The notes: generated by a model from the letters alone, not told the origin. DNA of 24,000 nucleotides from Beijerinckiaceae bacterium (GCA_036389455.1 DASVPW010000055.1:1-24000), one strand, 5' to 3'. Counted from the stretch's first letter, positions 1 to 7,875 are shown. Numbers and translations: made by a program.

Positions 1-207
1 GATCCACTGCACCCGCTCCGGGAAATGGGCGTGGCAGGGGTTGATGTCGGACCAGGTGTTGATGATGCCGATCACCGGCTTGCCGGCCCAGTCGGCCTGG
101 TCGTAGCCGATCTGGCGCAGGCGCGAGCGGTGCCCGAAGGCGCGCAGGTCGTCGACGCCGAGCCAGCGGTGGCTCCTGAGGTCCTCGGGCTTCTTGCGCG
201 TCGCCAT
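1..207 (-). CDS. IlvD/Edd-family sugar-acid (aldonate) dehydratase, N-terminal fragment running off the left edge
   Basis: Reverse translation from ATG (complement of 205-207) gives MATRKKPEDLRSHRWLGVDDLRAFGHRSRLRQIGYDQADWAGKPVIGIINTWSDINPCHAHFPERVQWI. The GKPVIGI-NTWS-NPCH region is typical of the N-terminus of IlvD/Edd dehydratases such as L-arabonate or D-xylonate dehydratase. It is truncated, so absent from the ORF track. Confidence 0.75.
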   Translation of the reverse strand, partial: MATRKKPEDLRSHRWLGVDDLRAFGHRSRLRQIGYDQADWAGKPVIGIINTWSDINPCHAHFPERVQWI

Positions 208-351
208 CGTCGTCCTTTCAGGCTTGATCATGAAGCTCGGCTTTTGCGGATGCGCCGAGACGGCTAGCTCCCTTGTGGCCAAATATGGCAGAAGCAGTCA
301 ACGGCTCGGGCCCTCGGCGGGCGGCCGGGCGAAACCATTGGAGGATGTTCG

Positions 352-1317
352 ATGCGCCGCCTCGTTGCCGCGGCCGTGACGGCCGTGCTCGGCCTTGCCG
401 GATCGGCTGCGGCCCAGGACAAGTGGCCCGAGCGCCAGGTCAACGTGATCGTGCCGTTCACGGCGGGCGGCACGACCGACATGTTCGGGCGCATCTTCGC
501 CCAGCACATGCAGCAGAAGTTCGGCCCGCCCTTCATCGTCGAGAACCGGGCCGGCGCCGGCGGCAACATCGGGACCTCCGCGGTCGCGAAGGCGGCGCCG
601 GACGGCTACACCATCCTGATCGGCACGGTTTCGACGCACGCCATCAACCCGTTCCTCTACACGAAGCTTCCGCACGACACCGAGAAGAACTTCCAGCCGG
701 TGAGCCTCATCGCGCGGCTGCCGAACATCCTGGTCGTGCACCCGCGCATCCCGGCGAAGACCCTGCCGGAGCTCATCGACTACATCAAGGCGAACCCGGG
801 CAAGCTCAGCTACGGCTCGTCCGGCGCCGGCACCTCGACGCACCTCGCCTCCGAGCTGTTCCAGATGACCACGGGCACCAAGATGACCCACGTGCCCTAC
901 CGCAGCTCGGGCGACGTCATGAACTCGATCGCCGGCGGCCACATCGACCTCACCTTCGACAACATGACGCTGGCGTGGCCGCAGGCCCAGGCCGGCACCG
1001 TGCGGGCGATCGCGGTGACGAGCCTCGAGCGCAGCCCGACGGCGCCGGACGTGCCGGCGGTCTCGGAGACCCTGAAGGGGTTCGAGGCGACCTCCTGGCA
1101 CGGGGTGTTCGTGCCGGCCGGCACGCCGCGCCCGGTCGTGGACAAGATCAACGCGGAGGTCAGGCGCATCTTCGAGCTGCCCGAGGTCAAGTCGAAGATG
1201 GTCGAGATCGGCGCCGTGCCGTCCCCGATGACGCCGGACGAGTTCGCGGCCTTCATCAAGACCGAGCGCGACAAGTGGCAGGAGGTGGTGAAGACCTCCG
1301 GCGCCAAGATCGAGTGA
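352..1317 (+). CDS. Tripartite tricarboxylate transporter substrate-binding protein (Bug/TctC family), periplasmic
   Basis: 321-aa ORF with signal peptide MRRLVAAAVTAVLGLAGSAAAQD. Family-typical motifs: VNVIVPFTAGGTTD, ENRAGAGGNIG, PDGYTILIG, YGSSGAGTSTHL. GGAGGA SD lies 6 nt upstream of the ATG. Confidence 0.85.
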   Translation: MRRLVAAAVTAVLGLAGSAAAQDKWPERQVNVIVPFTAGGTTDMFGRIFAQHMQQKFGPPFIVENRAGAGGNIGTSAVAKAAPDGYTILIGTVSTHAINPFLYTKLPHDTEKNFQPVSLIARLPNILVVHPRIPAKTLPELIDYIKANPGKLSYGSSGAGTSTHLASELFQMTTGTKMTHVPYRSSGDVMNSIAGGHIDLTFDNMTLAWPQAQAGTVRAIAVTSLERSPTAPDVPAVSETLKGFEATSWHGVFVPAGTPRPVVDKINAEVRRIFELPEVKSKMVEIGAVPSPMTPDEFAAFIKTERDKWQEVVKTSGAKIE

Positions 1318-1338
1318 CGAAAGCCGGGAGAGCGACCC

Positions 1339-2274
1339 ATGACGATCGAGCGCGTCCGCCAAGCCCTTCGCGGCATCTCGGGAGTCCACGCCACGCCCTA
1401 CCGCGCGGACGGCGCGGTCGACGCGGACCTCCTCGCCGCGATCGTGCGGCGGATCGCGGCGGCGGGCGTCCACAACGTCGTCGCGGGGGGCAACACGGGC
1501 GAGTTCTACACGCTGACCCCGGCGGAGATCGCCCTGGTGCACGAGACGGCGATCCGCGCCGCCAAGGGCCGGGCCCTCGTCACGGCCGCGGTCGGGCGCT
1601 CGCTCAAGGAGGCGGTCGAGGCCGGGCGCCGCGCCGCGGCGCTCGGGGCCGACGCCGTCATGGCGCACCAGCCGCTCGACCCCTTCGCGGCCCCGGTCGG
1701 GCAGGCCGACTATTTCCTCGCCGTCGCGGACGGCGTGCCCGTGCCGCTCGTCGCCTACGTGCGCTCGAACGACCTCGGCCTCTCCGACCTCGTCCGCATC
1801 GCGGCGCATCCGAACGTCGCCGGCGTCAAGTTCGCGACGCCGAACCTGATGCTCCTCGCCGAATGCCTTCGCGCGAGCGAGGCATACCCCGCGATCTGGG
1901 TCTGCGGCCTCGCCGAGGGCTGGGCGGCGCCGTTCCACGCGCTCGGCGCCCGCGGCTTCACCTCGGGGCTCGTGAACGTCGTTCCCGAGCGCTCGCTCGC
2001 GATCCACGCGGCGCTCGATCGCGGCGACTACGACCGGGCGCGGGCGCTCGTCGCCGAGATCGCCGCGTTCGAGACCATGCGGACGAAGTTCAACAACGGC
2101 GCGAACGTCACGGTCGTCAAGGAGGCGATGACCCTCGCCGGCGTCCCGGTCGGCCCGGTGCGCCCGCCCGGCCTCGTCGCGCTCGACGCGGACGACCGCC
2201 GCCGCCTCGCCGAGGTCCTGCGCGGCTGGGGGCTCGACGTCCCGGCGGCCGGCCTCGCGCAGGCGGCGGAGTAG
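1339..2274 (+). CDS. Dihydrodipicolinate synthase/N-acetylneuraminate lyase family protein, KdgD-like (2-keto-3-deoxy sugar-acid dehydratase/aldolase type)
   Basis: 311-aa ORF. The motif GGNTGEFYTLTPAE resembles the GGTGEF motif of 5-dehydro-4-deoxyglucarate / L-2-keto-3-deoxyarabonate dehydratases more than the DapA GTTGE motif. Sits 21 nt after the TctC gene. Confidence 0.7.
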   Translation: MTIERVRQALRGISGVHATPYRADGAVDADLLAAIVRRIAAAGVHNVVAGGNTGEFYTLTPAEIALVHETAIRAAKGRALVTAAVGRSLKEAVEAGRRAAALGADAVMAHQPLDPFAAPVGQADYFLAVADGVPVPLVAYVRSNDLGLSDLVRIAAHPNVAGVKFATPNLMLLAECLRASEAYPAIWVCGLAEGWAAPFHALGARGFTSGLVNVVPERSLAIHAALDRGDYDRARALVAEIAAFETMRTKFNNGANVTVVKEAMTLAGVPVGPVRPPGLVALDADDRRRLAEVLRGWGLDVPAAGLAQAAE

Positions 2275-2280
2275 GGCGCT

Positions 2281-3192
2281 TTAGAACGTCTTCGCGCCGT
2301 TGACCGGGAGCAGCACCGCGTAGAGCGAGGTCGTGGCGCAGATGAAGAGGCGGTTGCGCTTCGCCCCGCCGAACACCACGTTCGCGACCCGCTCCGGCAC
2401 GAGCACCTTGCCGATCAGCTCGCCCTCGGGAGTGAGGCAGTGCACGCCGTCGCCGGCGCTCGTCCAGATGCGGCCCTCGTCGTCGAGACGGAAGCCGTCG
2501 AAGACCGCGTTGGTGCAGGTCGCGAACACCTCGCCGCCTGAGAGGCGCCCGTCGTCCGCGACCCGGAAGACCCGGATGTGCTTCGGCCCGTCCTTCATGT
2601 GCGAGACGCCGGTGTCGGCGATGTAGAGCAGGCGCTCGTCGACCGAGAAGGCGAGCCCGTTCGGGCGCACGAAGTCGTCGGCCGCGATCGCGACCTCGCC
2701 CGAGCGCGGGTCGACCCGATAGACGTGGCAGGCGCCGATCTCGCTCTCGGCCTTGTGCCCCTCGTAGTCCGAGTCGATGCCGTAGGCCGGATCCGTGAAC
2801 CACACCGAGCCATCCGACTTGACCACCACGTCGTTCGGGCTGTTGAGGCGCTTGCCCTCGAAGCGGTCCGCGATGACGGTGATGGAGCCGTCGTGCTCGG
2901 TGCGGGTGACGCGCCGGTTGCCGTGCTCGCAGGTGACGAGCCGGCCCTCGCGGTCGACGGTGTTGCCGTTGGAGTAGCCGGCGGGCGCCCGGAACACGCC
3001 GGTCTCCCCCGACGCCTCGTCGAAGCGCAGCATGCGGTCGTTCGGGATGTCGCTCCACACGAGCGAGCGGTGCGCCGGGAACCAGGCCGGCCCCTCGGCC
3101 CAGCGGCAGCCCTCGAAAAGCTTCTCGACCCGGGCCGTGACTTTGACGAGGTGCCGGAAGCGCTCGTCCAGGATCTCGAAATCGCCGCTCAT
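2281..3192 (-). CDS. SMP-30/gluconolactonase/LRE-family lactonase
   Basis: 303-aa ORF containing CRWAEGPAWF, LVWSDIPNDRMLRF, NSPNDVVVKSDGSVWFTDPAYG and PNGLAFS, typical six-bladed propeller lactonase motifs. GGGAGGGAG SD precedes the ATG. Confidence 0.85.
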   Translation of the reverse strand: MSGDFEILDERFRHLVKVTARVEKLFEGCRWAEGPAWFPAHRSLVWSDIPNDRMLRFDEASGETGVFRAPAGYSNGNTVDREGRLVTCEHGNRRVTRTEHDGSITVIADRFEGKRLNSPNDVVVKSDGSVWFTDPAYGIDSDYEGHKAESEIGACHVYRVDPRSGEVAIAADDFVRPNGLAFSVDERLLYIADTGVSHMKDGPKHIRVFRVADDGRLSGGEVFATCTNAVFDGFRLDDEGRIWTSAGDGVHCLTPEGELIGKVLVPERVANVVFGGAKRNRLFICATTSLYAVLLPVNGAKTF

Positions 3193-3303
3193 GCTCCCTC
3201 CCGTTCGTGACCGCCCGAGCCAGCATGGCGCGGGCGCAAGGTCAAGCGCGTGCGGGCGTGCTGTCGCCCCGCGACACCGGCTGTCCGAAGAGGGCGCAAT
3301 CCG

Positions 3304-3328
3304 GGAACCTCGCCGTGCCGCCCCCGTT
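3304..3328 (+). promoter_or_regulatory. Sigma-EcfG (general stress response) type promoter, GGAAC-N16-CGTT
   Basis: GGAAC at 3304-3308, exactly 16 nt of spacer, CGTT at 3325-3328. Lies 37 nt upstream of the SemiSWEET ATG (3365), with the SD GAGGAGGGAG at 3350-3359 in between. Confidence 0.6.
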
Positions 3329-3364
3329 CACCGGCCGACCGCGGACGATCGAGGAGGGAGCCCG

Positions 3365-3673
3365 ATGGAAGGATGGCTGCCGACCGTGCTGGGAAGCATC
3401 GCTGGCCTGCTCTCCACGGCGAGCTTCGTGCCGCAGGTCTTCAAGGCCGTCCGCGAGGGCGACACGGGCGCGATCTCGAAGCGCATGTACGTCGTGACCG
3501 TCACGGCCTTCGTCCTGTGGATCGCCTACGGCTTCGTGATCGGCGCCCTGCCGCTCGTCGTCTTCAACGCGCTGAGCCTCGCCTTGAGCGGCACGATCCT
3601 GTTCCTCAAGGTCCGCAACGACCGCCGGGAGGGGGCGGCGGCGGGTCGGCGGGGTGCCGAAAGATCGGCGTGA
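3365..3673 (+). CDS. SemiSWEET-family (PQ-loop/MtN3-like) small sugar transporter, 3 TM
   Basis: Internal start of track ORF 3032..3673. The 102-aa product MEGWLPTVLGSIAGLLSTASFVPQVFKAVREGDTGAISKRMYVVTVTAFVLWIAYGFVIGALPLVVFNALSLALSGTILFLKVRN has the PQ motif, three hydrophobic helices and SemiSWEET length. Strong SD upstream. Confidence 0.75.
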   Translation: MEGWLPTVLGSIAGLLSTASFVPQVFKAVREGDTGAISKRMYVVTVTAFVLWIAYGFVIGALPLVVFNALSLALSGTILFLKVRNDRREGAAAGRRGAERSA

Positions 3674-3709
3674 CCTCCAGCCTCCTCGAGGTTTCCCCCG
3701 GCCTCATGC

Positions 3710-3733
3710 GGGCAAATGCGAGGAGGTTTGCCC
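3710..3733. terminator. Hairpin between convergent SemiSWEET and motB genes (GGGCAAA-N10-TTTGCCC), no U-tract
   Basis: 7-bp perfect inverted repeat ending 1 nt from the motB stop (3734-3736) and about 37 nt after the SemiSWEET stop. No T-run on either strand, so terminator function is uncertain. Confidence 0.3.
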
Positions 3734-4561
3734 CTACGGCTTCGCGCCGAAGGGGATCGGCGGGGCTTCCTTGAGGAGCGTGATGGTGACGCGGCGATTG
3801 GCGGCAAGATAGGGGTTGTCCGGGAACATCGGCTCGACGTCGGCCTTGCCGGTGACCGCCGCGAAGCGGTCGTCGGGGAGGCCGTTCACGGCAAGGATCT
3901 CGCGCACGCTGACGGCGCGCCCGGCCGAGAGGTCCCAGGCGGAGCCCGCCGGACGCGCCGTGCCGGGCCGCGCCGCCGCAGTGTGGCCGGTGATCAGGAG
4001 GCGGTTCGGCATCCGCCGCATGGTCGGCGCGAGCGCCGCCAGCACCCGCCGGGTGCGGTCGTAGGGCTGGACCGAGCCGTCCGGGAACATCGAGCGCCCG
4101 TCCTGGTCGACGAGCGACACGTCGAGGCCGGCCTTGGTCTCCTCGATGATGAGGTTCTTCGACAGCTCGGCGATCTCCGGCATGTCCTGCAGGGCCTGGC
4201 GCAGCGACGCGGCGGCGAGCCCGAAGCCGCGGTCGAACGCCGTCGTCGACAGGCCCTCGTCGCGGTGGTCGAGGTCGTTCGGGGTGGTGTAGTCGGCGGC
4301 CTGGTCGGGCGGCGCCTGCTTGGCGTTCTTGAGCCGCGTCCGCGTCGGGATGCCGTCCTGCTCGACGATGCCGGCGTAGCGGCTCTCGCGGGTGACCCCG
4401 AAGGCGTCGCGCATCGAGCCCGCGACGAGCTGGAGCTTCTTCTGGTCCTGGGTCGAGTAGGCCGCCACCATGACGAAGAAGCTCATGAGCAGCGCCATTA
4501 GGTCCGCGAAGGTGACGAACCAGCCGTGGCCGCCGTGGCCGCCTTTCGGTTTCCTGCGCAC
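3734..4561 (-). CDS. motB: Flagellar stator protein MotB (OmpA-like peptidoglycan-binding C-terminus)
   Basis: 275 aa, GTG start. N-terminal GGHGGHGWFVTFADLMALLMSFFVMV holds the conserved proton-path Asp in a single TM. C-terminus ITGHT...WDLSAGRA...NRRVTITL is an OmpA/MotB PG-binding domain. Starts 12 nt downstream of the motA stop. Confidence 0.8.
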   Translation of the reverse strand: MRRKPKGGHGGHGWFVTFADLMALLMSFFVMVAAYSTQDQKKLQLVAGSMRDAFGVTRESRYAGIVEQDGIPTRTRLKNAKQAPPDQAADYTTPNDLDHRDEGLSTTAFDRGFGLAAASLRQALQDMPEIAELSKNLIIEETKAGLDVSLVDQDGRSMFPDGSVQPYDRTRRVLAALAPTMRRMPNRLLITGHTAAARPGTARPAGSAWDLSAGRAVSVREILAVNGLPDDRFAAVTGKADVEPMFPDNPYLAANRRVTITLLKEAPPIPFGAKP

Positions 4562-4573
4562 CTTGAGCCCCGC

Positions 4574-5341
4574 TCAGACCGCTTCCGCGAACTCTTCCCG
4601 ATGGTGCTCGGGCAGGTAGGCGATCAGCATCTCCTTGACGAGCGACGGGCTCTTCGACTCGCGGATCAGGAGGATGCCGTCGATGATGAGCGAGCGCGAG
4701 ACGTTCTCCTCCTCGAGCTTGACGTGCAGCTTGTCGGCGATCGGCAGGCAGAACAGGTTCGCGACGAGCGCCCCGTAGAGGGTCGCGAGCAGCGCGATCG
4801 CCATCAAGGGCCCGAGCTTCGAGGGGTCCGACATGTTGGCGAACATCTGGATCATGCCGATGAGCGTGCCGACCATGCCCCAGGCCGGGGCGCAGTCGCC
4901 CATGGCGCGGTAGACCTTCTGGCCTTCTTCCAGGTGGTGCAGGAAGATGTCGCGGTCGCGCTCCATCGTGTCCTTGATGAACTCGCGGTCGTAGCCGTCG
5001 GCGACGTAGCGGATGCCCTGCGCGAGGAAACTGTCGTCGACCTGGATGTTCTCCAGCGCCATGGGGCCGTTCTTGCGCACGACCTCGGCGATCTGGGTCA
5101 ATTCCTCGATGAGCTCGCGCGGATGGGAGCTCCTCATCGAGAACGCGAACTTGATGCCGAGCGGGATGCCGTGGGCGATCCCGGAGAACGGGAACCGGAT
5201 CATGGTCGCGGCGAGCACGCCGCCCCCGATCACGATGAGGGCATGGACGTCGTAGAACATCCTGAGGTCGCCGCCGAGGAAGACGAGGGTGACGACGACC
5301 GCGATGCCGACGATGACGCCGGCCCCGGTGGCGAAATCCAT
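4574..5341 (-). CDS. motA: Flagellar stator protein MotA/PomA (MotA/TolQ/ExbB proton-channel family)
   Basis: Track ORF 4574..5359. I prefer the ATG at 5341 (MDFATGAGVIVG...) because AAGGAGG lies 5 nt upstream of it and PomA/MotA homologues begin MDxAT. Four-TM pattern with C-terminal motif GMVGTLIGMIQMF...ALLATLYGALVANLFCLPIADKL. Confidence 0.8.
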   Translation of the reverse strand: MDFATGAGVIVGIAVVVTLVFLGGDLRMFYDVHALIVIGGGVLAATMIRFPFSGIAHGIPLGIKFAFSMRSSHPRELIEELTQIAEVVRKNGPMALENIQVDDSFLAQGIRYVADGYDREFIKDTMERDRDIFLHHLEEGQKVYRAMGDCAPAWGMVGTLIGMIQMFANMSDPSKLGPLMAIALLATLYGALVANLFCLPIADKLHVKLEEENVSRSLIIDGILLIRESKSPSLVKEMLIAYLPEHHREEFAEAV

Positions 5342-5639
5342 CCGGACCTCCTTGGGCACCCCGCCGGCGTCCTGGCGGCGGGTACGCGCCTGACGGACCG
5401 ACCCTAGGCGGGCGCCCTGAAGGAAGGGTTAACCTTGTGCCGCAACGGCAGGCTGCCGGATCGATGCTGCGGTGCCGCAAAGGGGGCCGTGAACGCAAGC
5501 CCGGCCTTGGCGTTGAACTCTCGATGTCGAGCAGGCTTCAACGCCTCCCGAGCCATGGTGGCAAGACCGCCCGGCGGACGCTTGCGGTCCGCTCAGGGCA
5601 CCGCCATTGTGCTCAAAGCTTGACCGTCAGAGCGCCGCG

Positions 5640-7445
5640 ATGAGCCTCTTCCGCCTCTACGCCCGAGTCCTCGGCCAGCTCGGCTCCGACCTGCGCATCG
5701 GCGCGGTCCTGGCGCTCGCCAACGTGGCGCTCGCCATTGCGGCCTTCGCCGAGCCGATCCTCTTCGGGCGCATCGTCGACCGGCTGACGCAGGGGCAGGC
5801 CGCCGGCGGCACGCCCGTGACCTTCGGCTCGCTGATGCCGCTGATCGTCGCCTGGGTCGGGTTCGGGCTGTTCGCGATCGGGGCCGGCGTGACGGTCGCG
5901 CTGCACGCCGACCGGCTCTCGCACCGGCGACGCCTTGCCACCATGGCGAACTACTTCGAGCACGTCCTGGAACTGCCGCTCGCGTTCCACACCTCGACGC
6001 ACTCGGGCCGGGTCCTCAAGGTGATGCTCGAGGGCTCGAACGGCATGGCCTGGCTCTGGCTCGGCTTTTTTCGGGACCACCTCGCGGCGCTGATCGCGCT
6101 CATGGTCCTGCTGCCGCTGACCGTGTTCCTGAACTGGCGCCTCGGCCTCCTGCTGGTGGCGCTCGTCTGCGTCTTCGCCGTGCTCACCGCGATCGTCATG
6201 CGCAAGACCGAGACCCTCCAGGGCACTGTCGAGGGCTACCATTCGAGCCTCGCCGAGCAGGCCTCGGACGCGCTTGGCAACGTGCCGGTGATCCAGAGCT
6301 TCACCCGCACCAAGGCCGAGGCCTCGGCCCTGAAGGGGATCATCCACCAGCTCCTGCAGGCCCAGAACCCGGTCCTGACCTGGTGGGCCCTCGCCTCCGT
6401 CGCGACCCGGGCGTCCGCGACGATCACGGTGACGGCGATCTTCCTGGTCGGCACCTGGCTGCACCTCAACGGCCTCGCCTCGATCGGCGAGATCGTGATG
6501 TTCATGTCGATCGCCACGATGCTGATCGGGCGCCTCGAGCAGGCCGTGCAGTTCGTGAACCAGCTCTTCCTGCAGGCGCCCAAGATGCGCGAGTTCTTCG
6601 AGATCCTCGACACCGCGCCGGCCGTGCACGACCGCCCGAACGCCAAGAACCTCGACCGCTTCGCCGGCGCGGTCGCGTTCCAGAACGTCAGCTTCTCCTA
6701 CGACGGCAAGCGCCCGGCCGTGCAGGACGTGTCGTTCACGGCGAAGCCCGGCGAGACCGTGGCGCTCGTCGGCGCGACCGGGTCCGGCAAGTCGACGACG
6801 CTTGGGCTCCTGCACCGGGCCTTCGACCCGCAGTCGGGCGCGATCCGCATCGACGGCGAGGACATCCGCGACATCTGCCTGTCGTCGCTCCGCCGCAACA
6901 TCGGGGTCGTGTTCCAGGAGCCGATGCTGTTCGCCCGCTCGATCCGCGAGAACCTCCAGGTCGGGCGCCCGGATGCCTCCGACGAGGAGATGATCCAGGC
7001 GCTCGATCGCGCCCAGGCGCTCGAGTTCATCAACCGTCAGGCCGAGGGGCTCGACACCTCGATCGGCGAGCGCGGGCGCTCGCTCTCCGGCGGCGAGCGC
7101 CAGCGCCTGTCGATCGCCCGCGCGCTGCTCAAGAACCCGCCGGTCCTGATCCTCGACGAGGCGACGAGCGCGCTCGACGCCGCGACCGAGCGCAAGCTCC
7201 AGCTCGCCTTGGAGGAGGTCATGAAGGGGCGCACCACCTTCGTCATCGCCCACCGCCTCGCCACGATCCGCAACGCCGACCGCATCCTGGTCTTCGACCA
7301 GGGCCGCATCGTCGAGAGCGGCACCTTCGACGAGCTCGTCGCCAAGGGCGGCCGCTTCGCCGAGCTGGCGAAGGCCCAGTTCATGGCCGGCGAGACGCCG
7401 CGCGACCGCATGGACGTGCGGGCGGCCGACGTGGTGATGGCTTGA
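5640..7445 (+). CDS. ndvA: ABC exporter (fused permease + ATPase), NdvA/ChvA-like cyclic beta-1,2-glucan exporter
   Basis: Start taken at [14 protein letters not shown]...[11 protein letters not shown], which parallels the NdvA/ChvA N-terminus as I recall it. Six-TM domain followed by Walker [10 protein letters not shown], signature [15 protein letters not shown] and Walker [11 protein letters not shown]. The ABC exporter call is firm. NdvA orthology is from memory of homologues and no ndvB is in the window. Confidence 0.65.
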   Translation: MSLFRLYARVLGQLGSDLRIGAVLALANVALAIAAFAEPILFGRIVDRLTQGQAAGGTPVTFGSLMPLIVAWVGFGLFAIGAGVTVALHADRLSHRRRLATMANYFEHVLELPLAFHTSTHSGRVLKVMLEGSNGMAWLWLGFFRDHLAALIALMVLLPLTVFLNWRLGLLLVALVCVFAVLTAIVMRKTETLQGTVEGYHSSLAEQASDALGNVPVIQSFTRTKAEASALKGIIHQLLQAQNPVLTWWALASVATRASATITVTAIFLVGTWLHLNGLASIGEIVMFMSIATMLIGRLEQAVQFVNQLFLQAPKMREFFEILDTAPAVHDRPNAKNLDRFAGAVAFQNVSFSYDGKRPAVQDVSFTAKPGETVALVGATGSGKSTTLGLLHRAFDPQSGAIRIDGEDIRDICLSSLRRNIGVVFQEPMLFARSIRENLQVGRPDASDEEMIQALDRAQALEFINRQAEGLDTSIGERGRSLSGGERQRLSIARALLKNPPVLILDEATSALDAATERKLQLALEEVMKGRTTFVIAHRLATIRNADRILVFDQGRIVESGTFDELVAKGGRFAELAKAQFMAGETPRDRMDVRAADVVMA

Positions 7446-7547
7446 CGCGACGCGCCGTCATCCTCGGCCACCCCTCTGCCTGACCGTCTCCTTACGAGGT
7501 CCGATTTGTGATATCATGCCCCTTCCCAAACCAAGGGGAGGAAAGCC

Positions 7548-7823
7548 ATGTCACCTCGTCTTCTCGTCGTCGTGGCCATGGCGTCTGGCCTTGTAGCCTT
7601 CGGTCAACCGGCACAGGCGCAATTCAGTCTGCCGACTACGGTCAAGAGCAGCAAATCCAACACGAGCGACCGCTTCGGCGGCCCGCCCCGGGGGCCGCAG
7701 GCTCGGGCCACGACCGTGAAGAGCAGCAAGTCCAACAGCAGCGATCGCCTCGGCGGCCCGCGTCGTGGACCGCAGATGCGGGCGACGACGGTCAAGAGCA
7801 GCAAGTCGAACACGAGCGATTAG
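7548..7823 (+). CDS. Small secreted protein built of tandem 25-aa Ser/Lys/Thr + Arg/Gly/Pro repeats (hypothetical)
   Basis: 91 aa with SD GGAGGA 5 nt before the ATG and signal peptide MSPRLLVVVAMASGLVAFGQPAQA|QFSLP. Then TTVKSSKSNTSDRFGGPPRGPQARA, TTVKSSKSNSSDRLGGPRRGPQMRA and TTVKSSKSNTSD. Copies differ mainly at synonymous sites. Confidence 0.7.
   Translation: MSPRLLVVVAMASGLVAFGQPAQAQFSLPTTVKSSKSNTSDRFGGPPRGPQARATTVKSSKSNSSDRLGGPRRGPQMRATTVKSSKSNTSD
7635..7820 (+). repeat. In-frame 75-bp tandem repeat, 2.5 copies (7635-7709, 7710-7784, 7785-7820)
   Basis: Codon-by-codon comparison of copies 1 and 2 shows 8 synonymous and 4 non-synonymous codon differences over 25 codons. Confidence 0.9.
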
Positions 7824-7875
7824 GGACCGTTGCCGCACGGACCACGGGTGCGCGGCCCCGGGAGGCACGCCCCTG

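Noticed and set aside
276-290. TGGCCAAATATGGCA in the divergent ilvD-like/tctC promoter region, considered as a sigma-54 promoter or palindromic operator
   Set aside because: It lacks the TTGC -12 element at the correct spacing, and only about half the positions are self-complementary on checking.
273-2303. Very long ORFs in alternative frames or on the opposite strand: 273..2303 +, 298..2007 -, 2117..3226 -, 3606..5498 -, 5613..7253 -, 6383..7483 +, 13275..15128 +, 13556..14401 -, 15078..16529 -, 15176..16513 +, 16706..17743 +, 17794..18699 +, 17945..18763 -, 18510..19697 +, 19739..21202 +, 19752..20942 -, 21104..21994 -, 22230..23894 +
   Set aside because: Their translations are Arg/Pro/Gly/Ala-rich, low-complexity sequences typical of stop-poor off-frames in ~70% GC DNA. 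Each overlaps an ORF with a recognisable protein family or better SD, signal-peptide or GC3 support.
3734-5341. MotA/MotB pair as a Zorya-type anti-phage system
   Set aside because: ZorA proteins are much longer, with an extended C-terminal tail, and come with ZorC/D or ZorE partners. Here both proteins have ordinary stator length and motifs, and no such partners are adjacent.
7824-7875. Possible terminator between the convergent repeat-peptide and receiver genes (CGCAC-N9-GTGCG)
   Set aside because: Only a 5-bp stem and no T-tract on either strand.
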